A stretch of DNA of 64,000 nt. Source: an uncultured Planctomycetota bacterium. GTDB taxonomy: Bacteria > Planctomycetota > Planctomycetia > Isosphaerales > Isosphaeraceae. This document shows, piece by piece, positions 9,486-21,197 of the stretch. The notes beneath the pieces are model-generated. The model ran no database searches, was not told where the DNA came from, and saw nothing but the letters and a program-made list of their open reading frames with translations. The stretch covers positions 2,464,001 through 2,528,000 of the forward strand of contig CAWGMQ010000010.1 in the NCBI GenBank assembly GCA_963823665.1. Direction: 5' to 3'. How positions within the stretch are numbered: the stretch's first letter is position 1; each line of letters starts with the position of its first letter. The translations under genes and the position numbers were made by a program.

Positions 9486-11300
9486 CTACGCGGGTGGTTT
9501 GTCTTGCGAGAAAACCAACACGCTGTACGGTCCGATGCGGATCGTTCCGGAAGCGGGAAAGCCGTCGCGTTCTTCGGTTCCGGCGATCACATCGGAGCTC
9601 GCCTCGTTTCCAAAGCCGCGGCTGTAACCGTTCCAGTCGCTGTTCAGCCGTAAGCGCCACATCCCCGGCGACGGAAACCCCAGCGTGTAGTTCTCGTGAG
9701 CAAGATGGGAGAGATTCACCACGACCACCACGTCATCGCCGGGCCCGCCTTGGTGCCACCGATGGTAGGCGATGACGTTATCAGCCTGATTCTCATGGAA
9801 CGTGTTCAGCCCGGATCCCGTAAGTCCTCGCGTCGAGCCGAACCGGTTGAGGCGAAGGTGAATCAGGTCCCGATACATCCGAACCAGTCCGCTGAACTCC
9901 TCCGACTTGTGCCAGTCGAGCGGAACCGAATCCTGGAACCAGCCGTCTTCGAGGAACTCCTGTCCCTGAAACAGCATCGGAATGCCCGGCGCCGTGAGCA
10001 CCAGGGCCGCAGCCAGGGTCGTGCGCTTCTGCGCAAACCAACTGTCAGGATTATGAGGATCGATTTCCGAAGCGACGCGGGATTTCCCATTCGCGACTTC
10101 GTCGTGCGACTCGCTGTAGATGACGCGCTGGAACGGGTCGCCGTTGTAGCGGCCCTCGAGCGCCCGACGAACACTGTCGAGCGATCGGTTCTCGTCGCTG
10201 GACGTGGTGACGGCAGCCCGCACCGGATGCACAAAGCGAGCGGCCCATTGAGCCGTGAAACCCGCTCCGCCCTGGTCCACCGGCTTCGTCAGCCGATCGT
10301 CGTTCTGTAAATCCTCTGCGATGGTGATGCGTTCCAGAGATCGCTGCCGCGCTTCGCGGTTGATCCACTGCACAAGGCTCCAGCCGTCCGCCAGGTCGCC
10401 GCCCGGATCGCCGTTACCCCGCACGTTGCGCATGAACAGCGTCATGTCGAAACGCAGGCCATCGACGTGATACTCCTCCAGCCACATCAGTGCGTTGTCG
10501 CGGATGAACTGGCGCACTTCCTTGCGGCCGTAATCGGGGCGAGTCGAGCCCCAGGGGGTCTCGGCATGCCAGTCGTTGTAGAAGTAGATGCCGCCCAGGC
10601 CGTTCTCGCTCCAGCCGTCGAACTGCCATAAATCCAGGTCACTGGGACCGAAGTGGTTGTAGACGACGTCCAGGATCACCCCCAGCCCGGCCTGATGCAC
10701 CGACTTGACAAACCGCTTGAAGCCGTTCGCACCGCCGTAATTGCTTTCCACAGCGAAAACGCAAGAGGGGTTGTATCCCCACGACAACTCGCCGGCGAAC
10801 TGGGCCAACGGCATCACCTCGATGACGTTCACGCCCAACCGCTGCAAATGGCCGAGTTTCTGGACGGCTTCTGCAAATTTGTCCGACTTTCCATCCTTCT
10901 TGTCGTGAAAAGTTCCCAGATGCATCTCGTAAATCACCAGCTCGTTGATCGCCGGGAGGTGGAAATCGTCGCCTTCCCAGTCAAAGCGCGGGTCGTAGAC
11001 CACGGCGTTGCCCACCGAACTGGTGACCTGCCGCGCGTAGGGATCGATGCGCATCAGTGCCTTGTCGCCGGTCACGATGCGGAAACGATATTCGTTGCCG
11101 ATGGCGGCGGTGGCGATGTCTGCGTACCAGTATCCATCCCCCTCCTTCGCCATGGAGTGCGCCTCAGGCGACCAATCGTTGAACGAGCCGGTCACGTACA
11201 CCGCATTGGCGTGGGGGGCCCACAAACGAAACGCCACGCCTGATTCGTGCGGAAGCGCCCCCATCCCGCCGCGCACTTTTCCAGGTAGAATTGTTGACAA
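9486..11300 (-). CDS. GH13 alpha-amylase-family glycosidase (TreZ/branching-enzyme-like, N-terminal CBM48-like domain)
   Basis: FRLWAPHA, IYEMHLG, WGYNP, DVVYNH, DGLRFD, IAED, ESHDE, PMLFQGQEF; TTG start 11300 with AAGGAG upstream. Confidence 0.9.
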   Translation of the reverse strand: MSTILPGKVRGGMGALPHESGVAFRLWAPHANAVYVTGSFNDWSPEAHSMAKEGDGYWYADIATAAIGNEYRFRIVTGDKALMRIDPYARQVTSSVGNAVVYDPRFDWEGDDFHLPAINELVIYEMHLGTFHDKKDGKSDKFAEAVQKLGHLQRLGVNVIEVMPLAQFAGELSWGYNPSCVFAVESNYGGANGFKRFVKSVHQAGLGVILDVVYNHFGPSDLDLWQFDGWSENGLGGIYFYNDWHAETPWGSTRPDYGRKEVRQFIRDNALMWLEEYHVDGLRFDMTLFMRNVRGNGDPGGDLADGWSLVQWINREARQRSLERITIAEDLQNDDRLTKPVDQGGAGFTAQWAARFVHPVRAAVTTSSDENRSLDSVRRALEGRYNGDPFQRVIYSESHDEVANGKSRVASEIDPHNPDSWFAQKRTTLAAALVLTAPGIPMLFQGQEFLEDGWFQDSVPLDWHKSEEFSGLVRMYRDLIHLRLNRFGSTRGLTGSGLNTFHENQADNVIAYHRWHQGGPGDDVVVVVNLSHLAHENYTLGFPSPGMWRLRLNSDWNGYSRGFGNEASSDVIAGTEERDGFPASGTIRIGPYSVLVFSQDKPPA

Positions 11301-11476
11301 TGGCGTGCTCCTTGACTCTCGAGTCGAGGCTGCCTTCTCCCGCTGCCGCGATCGGCAGGAATGCCCCAGCGAGAAGCACGAGGCGTTCGCGCGATCACGT
11401 CCGGCGGAATGTATCGAGTTTACGCTAGCCACCGCTAAATTCGAAGACACCCAACCAACCCAGAGGAGCTTCAATC

Positions 11477-11635
11477 GTGAACAAGTTGGTCCTGATCCTG
11501 CTTGCCATATTCCTGCCGCCGGTCGCCGTAGCTGTGAAGCGGGGCGTCGGCAAGGATCTGCTCATCAACATCCTGCTCTGCTTGTTGGTGTTCTTCCCGG
11601 GAATGGTTCATGCCTTGTGGATTGTATCAAAGTAG
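11477..11635 (+). CDS. YqaE/Pmp3-family small membrane protein (52 aa), absent from the ORF track
   Basis: MNKLVLILLAIFLPPVAVAVKRGVGKDLLINILLCLLVFFPGMVHALWIVSK; AGAGGAG RBS, GTG start. Confidence 0.9.
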   Translation: MNKLVLILLAIFLPPVAVAVKRGVGKDLLINILLCLLVFFPGMVHALWIVSK

Positions 11636-11721
11636 ATGCGCCCTTGAGTCTGAGGTGGCCGCCTCGCCGCAAACTCCGCACATCGATCGGGTTGTCCCAC
11701 GGAATGGCCGCCGCGACTGGG

Positions 11722-14700
11722 CTACCCCACTTCAACTTCGGCGAAGTGTTCGCGGCGATCGTCTGCCAGCCGGATTGTCTTGTCAGCCTGATCGACACCG
11801 TCCACGACCACACGTGTCACAGTGCCCCCCGGCTTGGTTTGCGTGACCGTGATGTGGTGAACGGTCTCTCGATAGCGGTAGTGGACCTTGTATGAAGGCC
11901 AAAGGGCGGGAAGGCATGGCGCAAATCGCAGCTTGTCGACGTCAAGCCGCACGCCCAAGAGGGACTCGACGATCAGACGGTACATCCAGCCCGCGGAACC
12001 CGTATACCACGTCCAGCCGCCCCGCCCGGTGTTTGGCTCGATTGCATAAACATCGGCGGCGACGACATAAGGCTCGACACGATAGGTTGCGATCCCTTCG
12101 GAGGTCGCGCCGTGACGCGCCGGGTTGATCAGTGAGAAGAGCTCCCAGGCGCGTCGATGGTCGCAGAGCCTGGCGAAGGCCATGACCGCCCAGACAGCCG
12201 CGTGGGTGTACTGACCGCCGTTCTCCCGCACTCCAGGAAGGTACCCCTTGATGTAGCCCGGGTTCAACGGGGATTTGTCGAACGGCGGGTCGAAGAGCTG
12301 AATCAGGCCGTCGTTCTTGCGGACAAGCCGGCCCTCCACCGCGTCCATCGCGGTGCGCGACCGCTCCTGGTCGCCGGCGCCGGAGAGGACGGACCAGCTC
12401 TGCGGGATCGAATCGATCTGGCATTCCGCGTTGGACGCCGACCCCAGCGGCGTGCCATCGTCGAAGTATGCCCGGCGATACCACTGGCCGTCCCAGGCGT
12501 TCGCCTCGATCGAGACGCGCAGCCGCTCCGCCTCGAGGACGCAGCGGTCCGCGAACGCCGCGTCGCCGCGACCGCGGGCGATATTCGCGAACTCCTTAAG
12601 AACGTCGAACAGGAAGAATGCCAGCCAGACGCTCTCGCCCTGGCCGTGCGGGCCGACGAGATTCATGCCGTCGTTCCAATCACCGCAGCCGATGAGCGGC
12701 AGGCCATGCTTGCCGAACTTCAGTCCGTTCGTGATCGACCGTACGCAGTGGTCATATAACGTGGCGGTCTCGTCGGAGCGAGAGGGAAGGTCGTAATACG
12801 CTTCCTCGTCCGGCTTCACCGGGCGCCCGGAAAGGAACGGGGTGCGCTCGTCGAGAACGCCGGTATCGCCGGTGCTCAGGACGTAGCGGCAGGTCGCCAG
12901 CGGCAGCCACAAGAAGTCGTCGGAGAAGTGCGTGCGCACGCCGCGTCCCGCTGGCGGGTGCCACCAGTGCTGCACGTCGCCCTCGCGGAACTGGTGGGAC
13001 GCGCATCGCAGGAGATGTTCCCGCAGCAGCCGCGGCTCGGCGTGCAGGAGCGCCATCACGTCCTGGAGCTGGTCCCGGAACCCGAAGGCCCCGCCCGACT
13101 GGTAATAGCCGCTCCGGCCCCAGACGCGGCAAGCCAGGGTCTGGTATAAAAGCCAGCCGTTGGCCAAGAAGTTCACCGAGGCGTCGGGCGTGTCAACGTT
13201 GATCGCACCCAGGGTGTGGTTCCAGTACTGCCATACCGACTCGAGCGCTCGCCGCGCCGGCATTGATCCCCGAAATCGCTGGATGAGGGTGCGGGCGTCG
13301 TCGGCGTCGCGACCGATCCCGAGAATGAAACAAATTTCGTGCTCCTCACCCGCTGCCAGGTCGAACGGGACCTGCATCGCAGCGCACGGGTCGAGTGCGG
13401 CGCCGACACGCCCGGAAAGACGGTCCCGTGTCATGGCGGCGGGGCTCGCGGTGGTGCCGTTCCGGCCCAGAAACTCGGTCCGGTCACCGGTTACGCTCCG
13501 TGTGGCATCGTTCGCAGCCAGGAAGGCGACGCGGCCGGCGAAGTCCGTGGCGCCCGGGTTGCGAGCGAAGACGGCGCCCGTCCTGGGGTCGACCTCAGTC
13601 GTCACATACATGAGCGATCTCGGGCGAAGATCTCCCAGCACCCACTCGCAGTAAGCGGTTGCGGAGAGACGCCGCGATCGCCCCGAGGAGTTGCGGAGCT
13701 TGAGCACCGCGAACTTCACCGGCGCGTCCGTGGCCACGTAAACGCATAGTTCTGTAGTGATGCCATTCTCGGCATGCTCGAAGACGCTGTAGCCGAAACC
13801 GTGCCGGCTGACGTACGCTGTGTCCCCGCGCACAGGAAGAGGGGTAGGGGACCAGAACCGGCCCGAGTCTTCGTCGCGAATGTACAGGGCCTCGCCGCTT
13901 GTGTCGCTCACCGGGTCGTTATACCAGGGCGTCAGACGAAACTCGTGGGCATTCTCGCTCCAGGTGTATGCCCCTCCGCTCTCCGATACAACCGTGCCGA
14001 AGTAGGGATTTGCCAGCACATTGACCCACGGCGCGGGCGTTGCTTTCCCCGCGCCAGTTGTGATCACATATTCATGCCCATCGCGCGTAAAGCCCCCGAG
14101 CCCGTTGAAGAACAGCAAGTCGCGCTGCACCCAAGGCGGCGTGGCAACGCTCTCGGCGCGGTTGTTACGTGGCTGCAGCTTCCGCGGCGCACGCGGCTCC
14201 AGTCGACCGCCGCGCTCGAGCTGGTCGGCGAGTGTGCCTCCCTTGTCATCGACGATGACACGGGCGACGGTTTGCAACAGGGTCCGATCCTCTTCCGACA
14301 TTTGATCCGGGCGGCGCACGAAGACGCCGCCCAGCCGGTCGACGACCTGGGCCTCGGATCCGGCGGCGATCAGGCCCATGATCTGGTCCTGAAGGTTCTG
14401 GCGATATCCCGACCGGTCCTCGTTCCAGATCACCAGATCGACCATGAGCCCCTTGATCCGCCAGTAGGCGTGGGCCTGGACGAGCTGGCGGACGAGCGCG
14501 ATGTTTTCCTGGTCGTCGATCCGCAGCAGAACGATCGGCAGGTCGCCGGAGATCCCTTGGCCCCACAGGCCGGATTGCCCCCGGCTGTTCTTCATCAACA
14601 GGCTCGGGCTTGCCCGATGCGCGGGGTTGGCGTAGAGGATCGCGCTTTCGAGCCGCCCGAAGAGCTGTGCGTCGGCCTCGGTGGCGTTGAGCTGACGCAG

Positions 14701-17700
14701 GATCACCTGGCCGTGAGACCACGCCAGGTCGAATACACGGTCGGCCAGGCTCTTGTCGCGATACTTTTCGATCAGCACGAACACGTCCTCGCGAGTCCTG
14801 GCAACGCCGGTGACGAGGTCGATCCGCGCCGGCTCATCCGCATCGATGATGATCGACTGTCGGATCGCGACGATCGGGTCCAGGACCGCCCCCTCGCTAT
14901 CGGAAAGCGCGGAGCGACCCTCGAGCGCGAGGGGGTCCTCGACCGTACGGCCGCGTCCCAGGAATCTCAGACGATCGGTCTCGTAGCACATCTCGCTCTG
15001 CACCGTCCCGTGCACCACCATGAGGTGGAATAAGAGTGGCGTCTCGTCTTCCGCCGACCGGGGCCGCCTTGTGCACAGGATCGCCTGCCGGCTGCGCAGG
15101 ATTTCGGTCTGGACGAACAGCTTGCTGAAAGCCGGGTGCGCCGCGTCCGCCGCCGCGGGGCCGAGAACGACTTCCGCGTAACTCGTGATCTCGATCGTCC
15201 GAGGCTCACGTGAGCGGTTAGTGACCGTGATGCGGCGCAGCTCGATGTCGTCCTCGGGCGAGACGGCAATCTCGGTGTGTGTATCGAAGTCGCCGTCGCT
15301 GCGGCGAAACTCGGCCCGTGATTGCGAGAAAATCGCCTCGTAACTCTTCGCGCCGGAGCGTTGGCTGGTAAGAGGTGGACCATACAAGGCCGGTCGACAC
15401 CTCGCGGAGATAACAAAACAAGCCGGAATTGTCCTTGGTTGCATCCTCGCGCCAGCGCGTGACCGCAAGGCCTTTCCAGTGGCTGTAGCCCCCGCCCGCG
15501 TCGGTAACCATCACCGTGTACCTGCCGTTGGACAGGAGCTGCACTTCCGGCGTCGGCGTGTTTGCACCCTTGTAGACCCGCAGCAGTCCCTCGTCACCCC
15601 TCCCGGTCCGCTGTCCAACCGACTTCTCGACCGCGTGCCGATCGAATGGGTTCGCGACCGGAATGCGCTCCTGAAGAAGCAGCTCCGTCGCCTGGACCGA
15701 GGGATCCGACCCGAACCGCCGCTGCATCGGCCGATCCCGCAGAAGATAAGCCAGCGACAGAAAACTCATCCCCTGGTGGTGCGCCATGAACGACCGAATG
15801 ACCGCGCTCGACTGCCCTCGCGGCAGCCTCGACGCAGTGTAGTCGATGGCCTCGTAGAACCCATAGCGTCCCTGGAACCCGGCCCCGGCCAGCCGCCGCA
15901 GGTTGGCGTATGCCATCTCAGGCGCCACCATGAGCGCCATCACCGTCGCATAAGGCGCGATGACCAGGTCGTCGGCCAGGCCGCGCTTCAGCCCCAGACC
16001 CGGCACACCGAACGCGCGGTACTGATAGTTGAGATGGACGTCCGTCGTGTTGTAGCCCGACTCCGAGATGCCCCAGGGCACGCCTCGCCTCGCCCCGTAT
16101 TCGGCCTGACGGGCGACGACCGCCCGGCACGTCTGGTCGAGCAGAGTGCCCTCGTAGGTCGGCATCACAAGCTGCGGCATCAGGTACTCGAACATCGAGC
16201 CGCTCCACGAAATCAGCGCCGGCCCGGCCCGCGTGCTCGCCAGCAGTCTCCCCAGAGCAAACCAATGGTCCTGGGGCAGGCGGCCCTGCGCAATCCCGAC
16301 GAAACTGGCCAGACGAGCTTCCGAAGCGAGTAAATCATAGAAGCTCGAGTCCAGGCGCCGCTCATCCACATTGTAGCCGATCGCCAGCAGCCGGCGCGAC
16401 CGGTCGTACAGGAACTGCAGATTCAGATCCGCCAGTTCGCCGCAGCGGAGCGAGAGCCTGACGATGGCGGTGATCCTCTCGGCCGCCCGCGCGCTGGCTC
16501 CGGTGATTGCCTCCCTGAGCTGCGCGCAGGATCGCCCTCGCCCCGCCCAGGTTCGGCCCCCTCAAGCGCCAGACCCAGACGCGCCACCTCGCGCAGGGTC
16601 GGGATCTTTTCCAGGCCCAGCCGCTCGTGAGCCGCCGCACCGCGGCGCACGTCGTCCGGCGGAAGGAGCAGCCATGGGGCGAGCAGGTTGAGAGCCGTGA
16701 GGTGATCGCGACATTGCCGGTCCAGAGCTCGGGCCCACCACGCGACGTCCAGGTTGGATCCGGCGCCTGGGCCGGCGGCCAGCTCAGCCGCCAGCGCCTG
16801 AAGCGCCGGCAGCCGGTGCAGCGTTTGCCCACCGGAAAGAGGATCGAGCTCGCTCCGCAGCCTCTGGATAAGCGACACCACCTCGGCCGAGGCACGATCG
16901 GAAACGAGCATCGCCACGTCTTTCCCAGCCGCATCGACCAGAGCGCGAAGGGTCGTTCTCAGCCCTTCGATCGCCCGCGGCGGCAAGATCGGGCAGTCCG
17001 GGAGCTCGTCCAGCCCCGCGCAAACACAGGAGGTGGCCCGCGAGGTTCCCACTATCCACCGTCGAGACGTACCGCGGTGGCAACGGCCGGAGCGTCAGCG
17101 TGTCGTACCAGTTGAAGAGGTGACCCTGGAATCGCTCCAGGCCCTCCATCGTCGTGAGCGTCCGCGACGTGCGCTCGACGAGTCCGTCCGCCGAGATGTA
17201 GCCAAAGTCGTACGCCGCCAGGTTCGCCAGCAGCGCAAGCCCCATGTTCGTCGGCGAGGTACGGTGCGCGATCACGGCACGCGGGGACTCTTGAAAGTTG
17301 TCCGGCGTCAGCCAGTGATCTTCAGGCCCGACGAACGTCTCGAAGAACCGCCAGGTCTTGCCGGCCAGGTCGTTCAGAAACTCCGCCTGTTCGTTCGAGA
17401 GCTCTCCCGTCTGCCGGGCTGCTGGCCGGCTGATCCACCATGCGACGAGCGGCGACACGAACCACAGGACGAGCCAGGGCGCGTGCAGCCCCAAGTGCCT
17501 CCGGCCTCGAGAATCCCAGCCCGACGGCGAGCGCGGCCGCGAGCGCCGGCGCCACCGCCATCGCCCGGATCACCTGGACGAGCCCGTCCGTGCCAGAGTT
17601 CCGCGCTGCCTCGCTCGAGGTCGTCCATTCCAGAAGGTGGGTGTGCGTCAGACTCCTGCGCACGATCGTCCGCACCACGGCATCCAGGTTCGAGTAGGCC

Positions 17701-20439
17701 TCGTACGGCAGAAAGATCAGCGAGAGTCCCGTCGGGGCCAGGTCTCGTCCGATCGCGTGCGCCACGGCGCGGAGCTGCCCGCCCATCGCGAGGTCTGCCG
17801 GCCAGCGCACGAGCGCCGTCACCGCGCAAGAGCGTCGGGGCGAGGCTGATCGCTGCCACGACGAGAGTCCAGAACCACGGCGGGTAGAGCGTCGACCAAC
17901 CCGCGAAGAGCACCAGGAGCAAGGCCGGTGCCACCAGGCTGCGCCTGAGGTTGTCGAAGATCTTCCAGCGCGAGAGTGCCGAGATCGGGTTACGCAGTCG
18001 CCGCCCGGACGGCCCAGGTACCCACGGCAGCATCCACGGTGTGATTTGCCAGTCGCCTCGGACCCAGCGATGCCGCCGGCTCACGTCCGCGAGGTAGCGC
18101 TGCGGCGAGCTCTCGTAAAGCTGGACGTCGCTCGCCAGGGCCGTCCGCGCATAGCACCCTTCGAGCAGGTCGTGGCTGAGAATCAAGTTATCGGGAAATT
18201 GATCGCCGGCGACTCGAATGAACGCATCGACGTCGTAAATGCCCTTGCCGATGAAAGACCCTTCGCCGAATGCATCCTGGTACACGTCCGACACGGTTCG
18301 CGAGTACGGGTCCACACCCGACTCACCCCCGAAAAGTCGCAGAAACACCGACCGGCCCCCCACCGGCATGCTCTCCGCCACGCGCGGCTGGAGAATCCCA
18401 TACCCTTCGCGAACGCGCCGCGACCCTTGGTCGAAACGCGCGCGATTCAGCGGGTGCGCGATCGTCCCGACCAGTTGTTGCGCCACATCGCGGGGGAGCT
18501 GCGTGTCCGTGTCAAGCGTGATGACATACCGCATGCCCGGCAAGACGGACGTCTCACCGACAATCAGCGAAAAAGAGTCCCCCGGCTTGCCCCGTAACAG
18601 CGAATTCAGGGCGGCCAGCTTGCCGCGCTTGCGCTCGTAGCCCATCCACACCCGCTCGTGCGAGTCCCACCGCCGCGGACGATGGAAGAGGAAGAACCGG
18701 TCGCCGCGGTCACCCTTGTATTTCTCGTTGAGGACGTCAATCCCCTCCTTTGCCCGCCGCAGGAGTGCCGCGTCCCCCGGCGTCGTCTCCTCTTGTGCGT
18801 CCTGGAAATCCGTCACAAGCGCAAAGTGCACGTGGTCGTCCCGATTGGCCAGGTAGCGCACTTCCAGCCCTTCGAGCAAGTCCGCGACGTTTCGCTCGCT
18901 TACAAGCAAGGTCGGTACCGCAACCAGGGTCCGCATCGCGTCCGGCACGCCTCCGGAGAAATCCAGCTTCGGGAGCGGTTTCGGCACGATCAACATTGTC
19001 ACGAGCCAGTTCACCAGGGTGACGGCGAGCTGGCTCGCACCCAGCACGAGTGGGATCGCGGCCGCCGCCATGGCCCATCGCGCTGACCCAAAGGCTCGCC
19101 CCTGGGCGACGACGCCCGTCGCGATCGCAGCCTCGAGCGCGACGATCGCACCGAGATAGAGCAAGAGCGGGTGCCGGCGGCCGAGCTCTCGAATCCAGGC
19201 GCCCGGCGAAGGGCGGTACTGCGCCGCGCGCTCGAATTGAGGCCGGCCCTTGCCGATCAGGTAGCACCCCACATGTGCCGCCCGGCCATCGCCGTTCGCC
19301 GTGGCGGCGCCTGCACTCGCCAGCGCGAGCGCGACCGCACACTCGGCAACTTCGATCTGCGACAGCGGGCTGCGCCGGGCGACCTCTTCGACCGCGTGCC
19401 GGTACATGTCGCGAGTGGCGAAGTCCATGGCCCCGTAGACGCCGGCCGGATCCTGGCGGAGCACCTGGTCCACGCGGCTCATCGCCTCGACGAACTCACG
19501 CCAGTCAGTCGCGCCCAGAACGCGGAGACTTCCGATGCTGTTGCCGATCGAAACCTGGTCGGCGGCCTGCCGCTGGCCCTCCGCTTGCACGAGCCGTTCG
19601 ATGGTCTGGCCCTCTTCGGAGAGGCGTTGCTCGACCCACGTGAGCGGGAAGGCCAGGGCCGGGCCTTGACCCTGCAAGCGCCGCGCCAGCTCAGCGATGA
19701 ACGCGCTGGACGTCGGCGGTTGCGATCTCGCCATGTCCGCGAGAACCAGGATCAGGTTTCTCGGATCTTGTTCCGCGACCTTGGTCAGCCGGTCTGCCCA
19801 CTGATTCGCGTCGTTGCGGTCGTGCTTGTCGGCGGCGACGCGCGCGGCGATGCGCCTCAGGTTCTCGATGAGCGCCAGGCGAAGCATGATCGGTATCGCC
19901 CACAACTCTCCCAGCGAAAGCGGAAGAGCGCTCTGGTAGGCGGCCACGAAGCGGCGGAGTCCCGCCGCGTCGACGCGTCCATCGGCGTGTGCGATCAGCT
20001 CGAGCACGATGTCATAACAGCGCGGATATCCCGCCCACGGCCCGTTCAGCAGACGAGGCAGCTCGCGGCTGTACGCCTTGGGCAGGTGCCGTCGGGCCAT
20101 TCGAATCTGTTCCTCGATCAGATAGAAGTTGTCGAGGAGCCACTCGCTGGCCGGCGCGATCCGTCGTTTTGCCACGACGGCCGCCGTGATGAGCTTGTAC
20201 GTCTGCACCAGAACGGTTTCGTTTTCCGCGAGCCGCGGCAAGAGCCGGTCCGGCCCTCGCTTCCGATCAACCTGATGCCACCCCGCGACGGCTTTGGCGT
20301 GCAAGTCCAGTTGATCGACGCTCAGGAGCTCCGATCGGAGCGGCTGTTCGTCACTCGACGCCCGCGGCAAAACGCCGTCGCGCGCGCTCTCTCTTGGAAA
20401 GACTGCTTTCGCTCGAAGAATCACCTCGTTCAGTGCCAT
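11722..20439 (-). CDS. ndvB: cyclic beta-1,2-glucan synthase / GH94 phosphorylase (NdvB/Cgs/ChvB family), about five frameshifts
   Basis: EWLLDNFYLIEEQI, GYERKRGKL, ITLDTDT, LSHDLLEG, RRHRWVRGDWQ, RTSPTNMG, YDLLASEARL, SWSGSMFEYLMP, GFRDQLQD, GDWNDGMN, RENGGQYTH, GGWTWYTGSAGW in order over six frame segments (shifts near 17825, 17490, 17025, 16525, 15350). Confidence 0.9.
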
Positions 20440-20539
20440 TTCAAAGATTGTACCAATGTGCCACGCACGCAGACAGCCGTCCTACCGCCTGCGCTCCATT
20501 CGAGCGCCGCCATCGCCGTCGTTACTCCCTTCAAGCTGG

Positions 20540-21177
20540 TCAGACTGAAGGCTGCCCGCGGCCGGACAGCCCGAGTGCCCTGCGCAGCCAGCCTTCCTTC
20601 CGGTCCGGAGCCGCCGGCAGCTTGATCGTCCGGGAGTCGGGCGTTGCCCGGTGCCCCGTCACCCGGTCCACGCGGACCCGGTAGTACAAAAGTTCCAGCG
20701 ACTCCACCGGATCGCGGTGGGCCCGGGCGGCGCCCACGGTGCAGGCTGGTTCCCACCACATGGCCTGGGCGCGGAGGACCTGGTAGGCAACGGCCCGCGG
20801 GTCGTCGCTCCTCGGGGCACCTGCACCCTCATAGCGGCCGATCTGCAACAGCCGGTCGGCTGGTCCCAGCGTATCGTCACCTCCGGACGCATCCTTCAAC
20901 TCCTCGTAGCGGCCGAACGCGACGACGCTCATCCACTCGTCGCGAGCCACGACGTCGTCCACCTCGATGCAAACCAGAGGGTTGGCCCGCATCCATTCGA
21001 CCTTCTGCCCGGGCGTCGTGAAGCCGTAGAGACACGGCTCGCCGCCGGGCAGCACCTCGTACGTGAGGTACACAGGGACGACATACGGCTGGTTCTGCGC
21101 GCACAACCCAGCCGGGCCAGTTTCGCACCGGCCAGCACCTGGATGCATTCATCTCGACTCATCTCATGGATCACCAT
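20540..21177 (-). CDS. pyridoxamine 5'-phosphate oxidase-like flavin-binding protein, one frameshift near 21097
   Basis: MVIHEMSRDECIQVLAGAKLARLGCA continues in another frame as QNQPYVVPVY...GQKVEWMRANPLVCIEVD...WMSVVAFGRYEEL. Confidence 0.85.
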
Positions 21178-21197
21178 GGGAAAGCTCACCATCTGGC

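Noticed and set aside
11722..20439. Programmed ribosomal frameshifting in ndvB
   Set aside because: Too many shifts, no obvious slippery heptamers, and the same pattern occurs window-wide
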